Assembly: GCA_030457805.1 (NCBI GenBank)
Contig: JAKDUG010000001.1
Coordinates: 30,487-94,486 of the forward strand
Length of the DNA: 64,000 bases
Direction: 5' to 3'
From: Psychroflexus sp.
GTDB lineage: Bacteria; Bacteroidota; Bacteroidia; Flavobacteriales; Flavobacteriaceae
Shown here: positions 39,228 through 48,701 of the stretch, one piece after another
How the letters are laid out: each line of letters starts with the position of its first letter
Numbering within the stretch: position 1 is the first letter of the stretch
Translations under genes and position numbers: made by a program
The notes under the pieces: model-generated
Told to the model about the DNA's origin: nothing
The model's input: only the letters and a program-made list of their open reading frames with translations
Database searches by the model: none

Positions 39228-39956
39228 TTATTTCGATTGCTGGATTTGCATCCAAAAATCAATTTCTTCTTTCACTCCTGATTGCGCATCCTGAATGAAT
39301 TCTGACTGACTCGTATATGTTTTTAAATAACCTTTATCAATTTTAGCGATTTGGTCACCGATAAGCAAGGCTTCTTTTAAATCATGTGTGACAAACAAAG
39401 CTGCAATGCCATAGGCTTTCATCAATTTCAAAAATAACTTTTGCATGGTTTCTCGCGTGTCAACATCAAGAGCGCCAAAAGGCTCATCGAGTAATAAAAC
39501 TTGGGGCTGAACAATGATGGCTCTTGCAAAAGCAACACGCTGTTTTTCGCCTCCAGACAATTGCTGTGGGAATTTAGAGGAATGTGCTGACAAATCAATT
39601 TCTTTTAAAATAGCTTTAACGCGCTTGTCGATTTCTGCAGCCTTTAATTGCTGCGCCTGCAATCCAAAAGCGATGTTGTCAAACACATTTAGATGTGGAA
39701 AAAGCAAGGCTTCCTGAAAGAGGTAAACAATATGTCGTGTATTCGGTTTTTGAGATATAATAGAAGTCTCATTCAAAAAGATGTTTCCTGTATCAGCATC
39801 TTCCAAACCAGCTATAATTTTGAGTAAACTGGTTTTGCCACTGCCAGATTTCCCTAAAATACTCATGACTTGATTGTCCTTTAACTCTAAATCAACAGCC
39901 GTGAGCACAGGTTTTTGTCCAAATCGTTTTGATATGTTTTGTAATTCTAAACGCAT
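39228..39956 (-). CDS. ABC importer ATPase, YnjD-like
   Basis: GKSGSGKT, LSGGE, LLDEPF, THD. Confidence 0.9.
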   Translation of the reverse strand: MRLELQNISKRFGQKPVLTAVDLELKDNQVMSILGKSGSGKTSLLKIIAGLEDADTGNIFLNETSIISQKPNTRHIVYLFQEALLFPHLNVFDNIAFGLQAQQLKAAEIDKRVKAILKEIDLSAHSSKFPQQLSGGEKQRVAFARAIIVQPQVLLLDEPFGALDVDTRETMQKLFLKLMKAYGIAALFVTHDLKEALLIGDQIAKIDKGYLKTYTSQSEFIQDAQSGVKEEIDFWMQIQQSK

Positions 39957-39965
39957 TCTTTTTAT

Positions 39966-40736
39966 TTAATGAATCAGGGTTCTTTTTAAGATAATTTTTT
40001 TGTTGAAAAACAGCAAAGTCATCGGCGGAATAACTAAAAGTAAACTCGCCAAAGCTGCTAAAAAAATATTGGCTTCATTGATAAAATTAAAAACAGATAA
40101 GGTTAAAGTTTTCACCTGCCCGCCACCAATCAGTTGTGTCAAACCATAATCAAACCAAGAAATCAAGAAACACTGAAAAAAGCACAAGCCTAAAACTGGT
40201 TTTGCCAAGGGAAAAATCACTTTTTTAAAACGAAACCATTCTGAAGAACCCAAGGTGATACTCAGTTCTTCATAATTTGAAATATGCCGTGTCCAAAAGC
40301 TGGATAAAATAATGAATCCAAACGGGAAGCAAATCAAAAATTGTGCGCTAACAACGCCAATAAAACTGGCATTTAATCCTATGACAACTGCAAAATAATG
40401 CCACAAAACGCCCAAGACAACAGGTGAAAGAATATATGGCAAGTACGCCAAACTGATATAATATTTCTTGTACCGCGAAGTAGAAACAGCTCTAGACAAT
40501 ATGCAACCCATTAAAGTTGAAAAAAAAGCGACACAAAGCGATACAACGATGGACAACCCCAAACTCTGCCTTAGTTCTGACTCTGTTGAAAACAATCTAA
40601 GCCAAGTCTGTCTATGAAAATTCTCAGGCAAAACATCTGGAAAAATCCAATGCTCACTAAAAGACAGAATAAGCAAAACTGCGACCGGCAAAAAAATAAC
40701 CGCAATCAAAAAGAAATGAACAATTCTTCTAAGCAT
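39966..40736 (-). CDS. ABC importer permease
   Basis: Hydrophobic; EAA-like EELSITLGSSEW loop. ATG 40736 overlaps the upstream stop. Confidence 0.85.
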   Translation of the reverse strand: MLRRIVHFFLIAVIFLPVAVLLILSFSEHWIFPDVLPENFHRQTWLRLFSTESELRQSLGLSIVVSLCVAFFSTLMGCILSRAVSTSRYKKYYISLAYLPYILSPVVLGVLWHYFAVVIGLNASFIGVVSAQFLICFPFGFIILSSFWTRHISNYEELSITLGSSEWFRFKKVIFPLAKPVLGLCFFQCFLISWFDYGLTQLIGGGQVKTLTLSVFNFINEANIFLAALASLLLVIPPMTLLFFNKKIILKRTLIH

Positions 40737-41598
40737 GAGTTTTCTTTTTAAAGAATTGAACAAAACGCGTCGACATCAAACTGATCAATAATAATACAAG
40801 AAATAAGTAAATGAGTGCCATCACATAAGCTTGTGGAATATCATGCAAATTAAAACGCTGTGCTTTATCGACAATCCGCGGGGTAATCATCTGCGGATTT
40901 TGGCGCCCTAAAAGCAAAGGCACTTCATAGCTACCCATCACGAAAATGATATAAAGCACGACTGTTGATTTTGATTTTTGCCATAATAATGCCAAGCTAA
41001 TCTTCCAAAATGCATGACGCGGTTTTGCTCCTAAACTCTGCGCGATCAATCCATAATCTTGAAGTCTTTCAGCATCGAAAATATTCTTGAGGAACAAGGT
41101 AAAGAAAGGAAAAACCAGCAAAACAGAAGTGAGCATAATGCCAATTCCGTAAGCGTCGTTCGTGAGTTCAGGAAAGCTTTCTATGTGGTCAATCCAACCA
41201 AATTGAAAACTGAGACGAGACAGAAATCCTGATTTTGAAAAGGTCTGCATGACATAAAAAGCCATGACAGTAGCTGGGAAACACAGAGGCAGAAAGAGCA
41301 AGCGATGAAACCACTTTTTCTGAAAATCATCAGTTAATTTTAAGACCAAAAAAAGCGCAATGCAAAAACTCAAAAACACACTGATGACAGCAATTAAAAA
41401 ACTAAACCCAATTGACTTCCACATATAGAAATCACGCAAAGCCTCTGACCAATATTTAAGCGTCAGCCCATCAGTTAGCAAACCTGTCAATCCTAAACTA
41501 TGTAACAAAGCATAAGTGAAACCAGCAAATGTTGGCACAACAATAAGTAGGACATAAATCAGCCTGAGGAATTTTGTCAATGAATTCGCTTTTCTCAC
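40729..41598 (-). CDS. ABC importer permease (YnjC-like half)
   Basis: Hydrophobic; AQSLGA loop, YEVPLLLG. Confidence 0.85.
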   Translation of the reverse strand: MRKANSLTKFLRLIYVLLIVVPTFAGFTYALLHSLGLTGLLTDGLTLKYWSEALRDFYMWKSIGFSFLIAVISVFLSFCIALFLVLKLTDDFQKKWFHRLLFLPLCFPATVMAFYVMQTFSKSGFLSRLSFQFGWIDHIESFPELTNDAYGIGIMLTSVLLVFPFFTLFLKNIFDAERLQDYGLIAQSLGAKPRHAFWKISLALLWQKSKSTVVLYIIFVMGSYEVPLLLGRQNPQMITPRIVDKAQRFNLHDIPQAYVMALIYLFLVLLLISLMSTRFVQFFKKKTHA

Positions 41599-42815
41599 TG
41601 TTGAAGTATTTTTTCTTGAAAATCATCAGCCAACCTAATCATGTATTCGGGAGCCAATTCTTGCAAGGCTTTTTTTTGGATCACTGATCGCGGTGGAGCG
41701 TTGGTCCGCATTCTTGTATTTTTCCATTTTTCCTGCATGGTTTCAGATAACTTTTCTGGACTCAAAACACTGCCGTCTCCCCAAACTTCAGGTTGCATTT
41801 TATGCAGTTGTGCTGCTGGTGAAATCATTTCATTGATGACCAACATGGCTGAATATTGATGCGCAGATTTTCGAGGAATTCCGAGGTAATGAGAATTCTG
41901 AATACTGCCAAAATCTGGTACATAGGCGCGGGCATCCTTTGTAAAAAGTCCTTCACTAATTTTGTTGTCCACTTCGGCATCGTTATTACTCATCGTAAAC
42001 CACAATTCGCCAGCGGCAAAAAGTTGATGCATCTGGGCCACGTCTTCAGGAAAAACCTCACCTTTTCGCCATAAATAAGATTTTAATTTATTGAGATAAG
42101 CAAACAAGTCTGCACTGAATTTTTCATATTTATCGGCATCAAAATCACCAGCAAGCTCTTCTTGCCCAGCTATATCAATCAGTAAGCTTTTCATAAAAGT
42201 CAATCCTGTAAAGTGATGATCAAAGGTGAACTTCCCTGGATGAGACTTTACAAAAGTCAATAATTCACTGCGTGTTTGCGGCAGATCTTGAACTTGATCA
42301 GAATTATAAATCAGTGTCATTTGGACATTTCCCCAAGGCATTTCATATCCTTCAATATCTTGTTGGAAATCTTTTCCAATAAAAGGATTATCAAAATCTA
42401 TCAATTTTGCATGAGGCGCTTTATCAATCCACGGACCAAACAAAGCATCAATTTGGCGCAACTGATAAAAGGTTTCGCCATTGATCCAAACCAAATCAAT
42501 TTGACTTTGATCAACGTCGGCCTGAATTTCATTCATTAAACTTTGAACAAGCGTATTGCCTTGTCCACTGACAATCTCAAGTTCTATATTGTATTTCTCT
42601 TTGACATGTGGTTTGATATAGTTTTGCATATAGGCGTTGATTTTCGGATCGCCTTTCCACATCATCATGCTGAGTTTTTGAGATTGTCCCTTTTCGACAA
42701 CCTGATCCCAACTCAACTGAGATAAATCAATGGCTTGAGGTTCCCGATCGGCTTGGCAAGCGACTAAGGAAAAGAGCAGAATTAAACGCGAAATATATTT
42801 TAGAATTCTCATCAT
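41595..42815 (-). CDS. ynjB: ABC substrate-binding lipoprotein, YnjB-like
   Basis: Lipobox LVAC, DLVWINGETF, PWGNVQ, FTGLTFMK, NSHYLGIP, VWGD, PEL pattern. Confidence 0.8.
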   Translation of the reverse strand: MMRILKYISRLILLFSLVACQADREPQAIDLSQLSWDQVVEKGQSQKLSMMMWKGDPKINAYMQNYIKPHVKEKYNIELEIVSGQGNTLVQSLMNEIQADVDQSQIDLVWINGETFYQLRQIDALFGPWIDKAPHAKLIDFDNPFIGKDFQQDIEGYEMPWGNVQMTLIYNSDQVQDLPQTRSELLTFVKSHPGKFTFDHHFTGLTFMKSLLIDIAGQEELAGDFDADKYEKFSADLFAYLNKLKSYLWRKGEVFPEDVAQMHQLFAAGELWFTMSNNDAEVDNKISEGLFTKDARAYVPDFGSIQNSHYLGIPRKSAHQYSAMLVINEMISPAAQLHKMQPEVWGDGSVLSPEKLSETMQEKWKNTRMRTNAPPRSVIQKKALQELAPEYMIRLADDFQEKILQQ

Positions 42816-42975
42816 CTATAAAGTTAGAAGTTTAGACCCAATTGAAATTGTTTATGAAAAATGGAGACTTAGTTGTTTTTGCACAGGCTAAATATAGCGT
42901 GCAAGAACACGATTAAATCTATTTTCAAGTCAAAATCAACAGGAAATAAACTTAAAAGAACAACTATAAACGGAT

Positions 42976-43644
42976 TTAAAGAGGAGAGCCTTTATTGTAA
43001 AAAGTCGCTTGATAAACTTTTGATCTTGGTAGAAATTGATCAATACTTGGATGCTGAGCAACGGCAATCATCGCAGATAAAAGCCGAATGATATCGCCTT
43101 TCAAGTCAGCTTGCTCAGATAAAACCAAAGGGACGTCTGACTTGAGATCAATATCAGAGAGTGTTTCTAAAAATGTATAATTTTCAGATTGATCTTTAAG
43201 CAAATTAGTGAATTCATCAAGTAGGGAAGAAGATTGCCAAGGGAGTTGAAGAAATTGCTCCTTCACAAAAGAAGAGCGATGCAAACCCCACAAATAAAAA
43301 CCGCCATCATGAGAAGGGCCAAAACACATGTCATGGGTTTTGAGACGATCAACTGTTTCATAAAGGTGATTTAAGTCGAGATGTGGAGAATCATTTCCGA
43401 TAGAAATAACGCTGTCGTATTTTGCTTCAAAAATAGCTTCAATAGCATTCAGGTAACGTTCAGCAAAGGTCTCACCGACTTGTTTTGACTCATCATAGCA
43501 AAAACAATGCAAACCAGAAGAAGCCAGTTGTTGTTTGATACGCTGGTTTTGGCGTCGAAAAAACTGTATACGCCCTTGCCCTAAATTCTTTTTTTCAACT
43601 TCAGGATTCTGGTAGAAAAATAAGATTGCAGTTGATGGCAGCAT
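42976..43644 (-). CDS. DUF2064 protein (second CofC-like GT-A paralog)
   Basis: GETFAER, IGNDSPHL, GPSHDGGFYLWG, LPWQ, LSDID; lacks the N-terminal KTRL. Confidence 0.8.
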   Translation of the reverse strand: MLPSTAILFFYQNPEVEKKNLGQGRIQFFRRQNQRIKQQLASSGLHCFCYDESKQVGETFAERYLNAIEAIFEAKYDSVISIGNDSPHLDLNHLYETVDRLKTHDMCFGPSHDGGFYLWGLHRSSFVKEQFLQLPWQSSSLLDEFTNLLKDQSENYTFLETLSDIDLKSDVPLVLSEQADLKGDIIRLLSAMIAVAQHPSIDQFLPRSKVYQATFYNKGSPL

Positions 43645-43678
43645 TGAAAGGTTTGTAAAAAAAAGTTAAAGCCGCACA

Positions 43679-44044
43679 CTAGCGACCTGGTTGAAAAACG
43701 AAAGCATGAGGAAAATCATCTTTTAATTCAATAAAAGCTCTATCAGCATCGAGTTTTGTACGAAAACTTCCAACCCAAACTTTATAATTTGGTGACTCAT
43801 AAAAAATCATAGCTTCGAAATCTAGGCCCAAATGATCATAATCTTTTTTAACCTCTTTTGCGGCTTGGATATCTCCAGAAAAGACTTGGATTTTATAAAC
43901 AGATTTCAGCTTAAAGCTAGATTCTAACTGGCTTTTCTTTGCAGTCAGGCTTTCTACTAATTGCGCATCGCTCCCTTTAATTTCGGTTTGTGAGAAGCCT
44001 AAAAGCGGAGATGCGAAAATGAGAAAATAAACAAATAATTTCAT
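43679..44044 (-). CDS. SPOR-domain protein
   Basis: Signal peptide from ATG 44044; YKIQVFSG, PNYKVWVGSFRTKLDA, FPHAF. Confidence 0.85.
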   Translation of the reverse strand: MKLFVYFLIFASPLLGFSQTEIKGSDAQLVESLTAKKSQLESSFKLKSVYKIQVFSGDIQAAKEVKKDYDHLGLDFEAMIFYESPNYKVWVGSFRTKLDADRAFIELKDDFPHAFVFQPGR

Positions 44045-44150
44045 GCGTAAATTTTTAGCTAAAATAATACATTTGAATGTCAATTTATTTAGAAGCATTA
44101 TAAATTAGCATTTAACAAAACAGTCTATTCCGAAAATCATTGTTAAGTAT

Positions 44151-44158
44151 TACTTTTG
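44151..44158 (+). promoter_or_regulatory. -7 box (TACTTTTG) of the act-cox operon
   Basis: TAnnTTTG in the divergent intergenic region. Confidence 0.55.
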
Positions 44159-44232
44159 TGATCAATTCGGGCTTGTCAAATTAACACAAAATTATTACTT
44201 ACAAGCGTAACAAAATAGTTAATTACAACACT

Positions 44233-45564
44233 ATGAGAAAGGTGACCTTAAATCAAGGAATTTTAAAGTATTTTTTACTATCCATTCTTATCGTTTCACT
44301 ATCAAGCACTTATGCGCAAGAAAGTGAAGCGGAGGAATCAGCAGAAAGCACAGAAGCTGCGATTCCTGGAGCTGACCCTGCGGAGGGTAAAGACTTATTC
44401 AACTCACTATGTGCTGCGTGTCACAAACCCTACAAGGATGGCGTAGGTCCTGCGCTACATGGCGTTACTGACCATAGAGACATGGAGTGGCTGTACAAAT
44501 GGATAGCAAACAGTCAAGATCTTATTGCTTCAGGTGATCCTGAAGCTGTTGAGATCTACAATGAATGGAACAAGGTTTCGATGAATGCCTTCCCGCAATT
44601 GAGCGAAGAAGACATCGACAACATCATATCTTATGTAGAGCAACCAAAACCAGAACCTAAAAAGAAAACAGCTGATACAGCAACTGCAAGTGCAGACGGC
44701 GGTGGCTCTTCTGGTGTTTCAAATGAAGTGATCATTGGTGCTTTAGCATTTATCTTATTAATGCTAGCGGTGATTCTTTATTTAGTCAACAAAACACTGC
44801 GTAAATTTGCAGCTGCTAATGGTGTTGAACTCGATATAGATAAAAATAAGGAAGCAAGAAAGCCAATTTGGGTTGCCTTTGCTGAAAACCAATTTTTAAT
44901 ATTAGTTACTGTGGGTGTCATGCTCATTGTCGTCACATGGTTTGGCTACGGTGCATTAATGAATATCGGTATTGATAAAGGCTATGAGCCAATTCAGCCA
45001 ATTCACTACTCACACAGAATTCACGCAGGTGATAACCAGATAGAATGTAAGTACTGCCACTCTTCGGCACGAACTTCAAAACAATCCGGAATTCCTTCTT
45101 TGAACGCATGTATGAACTGTCACCAACAGATTGGTGAGGTTGCTGAAGAAACTGCCACGGAAGAATACTCAAAAGAATTTTACGATGAGGAGATCTTAAA
45201 ACTGTACGATGCTGCAGGTTGGGATCCATCATCACAATCTTATACTGGCGAAACAAAACCAGTGAAGTGGGTAAGAATTCACAACTTACCAGATTTTGCC
45301 TATTTCAACCACTCTCAGCACGTGAGTGTTGGACAGATTGACTGTCAGACATGTCATGGGCCGGTTGAAGAAATGGAAATCATGTACCAAGATGCGCCAT
45401 TGACTATGGGTTGGTGTATCGAGTGTCACAGAGAAACAAACGTGAAAATGGAAGGCAACGAGTACTATGAGAAAATTCATGAGGAACTTGCCAAGAAATA
45501 TGGTGTCGAAAAAGTTACCGCTGCACAAATGGGTGCAATCGAATGTGGTAAGTGTCACTATTAA
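44233..45564 (+). CDS. actA: Alternative complex III multiheme cytochrome c (monoheme + pentaheme)
   Basis: Six CxxCH motifs: CAACH, CKYCH, CMNCH, CQTCH, CIECH, CGKCH. Confidence 0.93.
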   Translation: MRKVTLNQGILKYFLLSILIVSLSSTYAQESEAEESAESTEAAIPGADPAEGKDLFNSLCAACHKPYKDGVGPALHGVTDHRDMEWLYKWIANSQDLIASGDPEAVEIYNEWNKVSMNAFPQLSEEDIDNIISYVEQPKPEPKKKTADTATASADGGGSSGVSNEVIIGALAFILLMLAVILYLVNKTLRKFAAANGVELDIDKNKEARKPIWVAFAENQFLILVTVGVMLIVVTWFGYGALMNIGIDKGYEPIQPIHYSHRIHAGDNQIECKYCHSSARTSKQSGIPSLNACMNCHQQIGEVAEETATEEYSKEFYDEEILKLYDAAGWDPSSQSYTGETKPVKWVRIHNLPDFAYFNHSQHVSVGQIDCQTCHGPVEEMEIMYQDAPLTMGWCIECHRETNVKMEGNEYYEKIHEELAKKYGVEKVTAAQMGAIECGKCHY

Positions 45565-45592
45565 TATTAATGAAGAAAATTTGAATCGAGAT

Positions 45593-48500
45593 ATGTCATC
45601 AGAAAAAAAATATTGGAAAAGTGAAGCACAACTTAAAGGGACTGATCCTGCGTTGAAATCACTTGAAGAGAACGAATTTGTAGAGCATATTCCTACAGAT
45701 GAATTCTTGGGTGATAAAGAAAAGCTTGAGGACTCTAAGACGACACGAAGAGACTTCTTGAAATACGTTGGATTTAGTACAGCTGCAGCATCTCTTGCTG
45801 CTTGTGAAGGTCCAGTTATCAAATCTATTCCTTATGTCGTTCAGCCAGACAGACTCGTTCCTGGTGTTGCTGATTACTACGCGACAACAATTGCGAATGG
45901 CTATGATTTTGCAAGTGTTCTCGTGAAGACCAGAGAAGGACGCCCAATTAAGATTGACAACAACACTAGTGCGAAAGAATTTACTGCAGGAAAAGCAAGA
46001 GTACACGCTTCAGTCCTAGACTTATATGACATCAAGCGTCTGCAGAATCCACAGATTGAAGGCCGAGATGCCACCTGGTCTGAATTTGATGAAAAAGTAG
46101 GGATCGAACTCAAGTTGGCATCGGAGAAAAAGATCGTTCTACTGACACAGACATTTGCAAGCCCATCAGTAGATAGGTTAATCAATGAATTCAAAGAAAA
46201 ATATCCAAATACAGAACAGATCGTTTATGACTCTGTTTCTGAAGAAGCTGCTTTAAAAGCTTTCCAAAGTAAACACGGTTACAAAGCACTTCCTAATTAC
46301 GACTTCAGTCAAGCTGATACAATTGTCAGTGTTGGTGCCGATTTCTTAGGCGACTGGCAGGGTGGTGGTTTCGACGCAAGCTATGCAAGAGGCCGTGAAC
46401 CACAGAACGGAAAGATGTCTAGGCACGTTCAGTTCGAAGCAAACATGACTTTATCAGGTGGTAATGCCGATAAACGTGTGGCGACTAAACCTTCAATGCA
46501 AAAGCAAGTTTTAGTTGAAATATACAATCAGGTTGTCTCAAGAGCTGGTTCGACTGATTTAAATAAAAAAACACAAAAGGCTGTTGATGCCGCTGTGAAG
46601 TCACTAAAGAAAGGAGGCTCTCAATCAGTTGTTGTCACTGGCATTCAGGATGAAGGTGCACAACGCATGGCGCTTGAAATCAACGCAGCACTTTCAAGTA
46701 CAATTATCGATACTGATAACGCAAGAATGATTCGCCAAGGCGAGAATTCAAAAGTTGATAACCTAATTAAAGAAATGCAATCAGGTCAGGTTGGCGTTTT
46801 AATGACTGCTGGAATTAATCCTCTTTACAGTCTTCCAAATGCAGATGCATTTAGTGAAGCCATGGAAAATGTTGATGCAACTATTGCCTTCAGCATGAAA
46901 ATGGATGAAACAGCAAAACAAGCCAAATATGTGGCGGCAACACCTCACTTCCTCGAATCTTGGGGTGATGTTCAGTTGACTAAAAACACATTTAGCTTAG
47001 TACAACCGACTATTCAGCCTCTTTTTGACACACGTCAATTTGAAGCTTGTCTTTTAAACTTCGTTGCTGAGTCAACAGACTACTATGGGTTTATCAAAGA
47101 AACATTTGCAAAGAAATTCGATGGCTTGAAATGGAATCAAAGTCTCCATGATGGCACCTTTACATACGAAGACGCACAAAACATAAATGCAACTGATGCA
47201 ATGCCATCGGCCTTTAATGCAAGTGCAGCTGCACGCCAATTAACGGCGGGCTCAGGTGAAGGTCTAGAACTGACTTTATATACAAAAACAGCAATGGGTG
47301 ACGGGCAGCAAGCCAACAACCCATGGTTGCAAGAAATGCCAGACCCAATTACAAGAACATCTTGGGACAACTACATTACAGTTGCTAAAAGTGATGCTGA
47401 AAGCTTAGGTCTTAAAAATTACAATGTCGATGACGGCGCTTTAAATGGAGACTATGTCAATATTACTTTAGGTGATGTTTCACTTGAAAAAGTTCCTGCT
47501 TTTATTCAACCAGGGCAAGCACCAGGTTCAATCGGACTTGCACTTGGCTATGGAAAAACAGAATCTATTCAAGAGGAAATGCAAGTTGGTATCAACGCAT
47601 TTAAATTATACAAAGATTTCCAGAGTACACAAGATGTCTCATTGACGAAGACAAATGGTATTCATGAATTTGCCTGTGTACAGTTACACCACACAATGAT
47701 GGGCCGCCGTGATATTGTCAAAGAAACAACTTTAGAAATCTTCAACACAAGTGATAAAGACGCATGGAATAAAACACCTCAAGTCTCTTTAAACCACAAA
47801 GAGACTGATGTAACCTCTCCGGATGTTAACTTATGGGAAGAGTTTGACCGTGATATCGGACACCACTTCAACCTTTCTATTGACTTGAACTCATGTACGG
47901 GTTGTGGCGCGTGTGTGATTGCTTGCCACAGTGAAAACAACGTTCCTGTTGTTGGAAAGCATGAAGTGCGAAAAAGTAGGGATATGCACTGGTTGAGAAT
48001 TGACAGATACTACTCATCTGAAGATACTTTACAAGGTGACTATGATAAGAAGAACGACATGTCTGGCTTAAGCGAGTCTATCAGCCAATTTGATGAATTA
48101 GAAGAACCTTCAGAAACAGATGTTCAGGTTATTTTCCAACCTGTAATGTGTCAGCATTGTAATCACGCTCCTTGTGAAACTGTATGTCCTGTTGCAGCAA
48201 CAGCACACAGTAGACAAGGTCAAAACCACATGACTTATAACAGATGTGTGGGAACGCGTTACTGCGCTAACAACTGTCCTTATAAAGTCAGACGTTTCAA
48301 CTGGTTCCAATACTCACAAGATGACGAATTTGACTACCACATGAACAATGACTTAGGCCGTATGGTCTTAAACCCAGATGTGACTGTGAGATCAAGAGGC
48401 GTCATGGAGAAATGCTCATTGTGTATCCAAAAAACGCAAAAAACAATTTTGGATGCCAAGCGAGACGGCAGAGTGATTGAGGATGGAGAATTCCATACAG

Positions 48501-48673
48501 CTTGTTCTGCAGCGTGTGATAAAGGAGCAATGGTCTTTGGTGATGTCAATGACAAAGAGAGTAAAGTACTCGAGAAAAGTGAAGATGATAGAATGTATCA
48601 CCTTCTTGAATACTTAGGTACAAAGCCGAATGTGATGTATCAAACTAAAGTAAGAAACACAACAGAAGCTTAA
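45593..48673 (+). CDS. actB: Alternative complex III subunit B (molybdopterin-oxidoreductase-like + Fe-S domain)
   Basis: MSSEKKYWKS start, Tat motif TRRDFLK, CTGCGAC, CQHCNHAPCETVCP, CVGTRYCANNCP, EKCSLC. Confidence 0.94.
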   Translation: MSSEKKYWKSEAQLKGTDPALKSLEENEFVEHIPTDEFLGDKEKLEDSKTTRRDFLKYVGFSTAAASLAACEGPVIKSIPYVVQPDRLVPGVADYYATTIANGYDFASVLVKTREGRPIKIDNNTSAKEFTAGKARVHASVLDLYDIKRLQNPQIEGRDATWSEFDEKVGIELKLASEKKIVLLTQTFASPSVDRLINEFKEKYPNTEQIVYDSVSEEAALKAFQSKHGYKALPNYDFSQADTIVSVGADFLGDWQGGGFDASYARGREPQNGKMSRHVQFEANMTLSGGNADKRVATKPSMQKQVLVEIYNQVVSRAGSTDLNKKTQKAVDAAVKSLKKGGSQSVVVTGIQDEGAQRMALEINAALSSTIIDTDNARMIRQGENSKVDNLIKEMQSGQVGVLMTAGINPLYSLPNADAFSEAMENVDATIAFSMKMDETAKQAKYVAATPHFLESWGDVQLTKNTFSLVQPTIQPLFDTRQFEACLLNFVAESTDYYGFIKETFAKKFDGLKWNQSLHDGTFTYEDAQNINATDAMPSAFNASAAARQLTAGSGEGLELTLYTKTAMGDGQQANNPWLQEMPDPITRTSWDNYITVAKSDAESLGLKNYNVDDGALNGDYVNITLGDVSLEKVPAFIQPGQAPGSIGLALGYGKTESIQEEMQVGINAFKLYKDFQSTQDVSLTKTNGIHEFACVQLHHTMMGRRDIVKETTLEIFNTSDKDAWNKTPQVSLNHKETDVTSPDVNLWEEFDRDIGHHFNLSIDLNSCTGCGACVIACHSENNVPVVGKHEVRKSRDMHWLRIDRYYSSEDTLQGDYDKKNDMSGLSESISQFDELEEPSETDVQVIFQPVMCQHCNHAPCETVCPVAATAHSRQGQNHMTYNRCVGTRYCANNCPYKVRRFNWFQYSQDDEFDYHMNNDLGRMVLNPDVTVRSRGVMEKCSLCIQKTQKTILDAKRDGRVIEDGEFHTACSAACDKGAMVFGDVNDKESKVLEKSEDDRMYHLLEYLGTKPNVMYQTKVRNTTEA

Positions 48674-48701
48674 TAATTAAGAAACAAATCAATAGCGTAT
48701 T

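Noticed and set aside
36360-43644. Selenocysteine (in-frame UGA) in the rSAM cluster
   Set aside because: All ORFs are uninterrupted, and no read-through would extend a domain.
45467-45592. N-terminal extension of ActB in the ORF track, overlapping actA
   Set aside because: The conserved start is MSSEKKYWKS at 45593; the extension is just open frame.
45286-45822. 178-aa antisense ORF
   Set aside because: It lies opposite actA/actB, has no recognisable motif, and has no own promoter that I can support.
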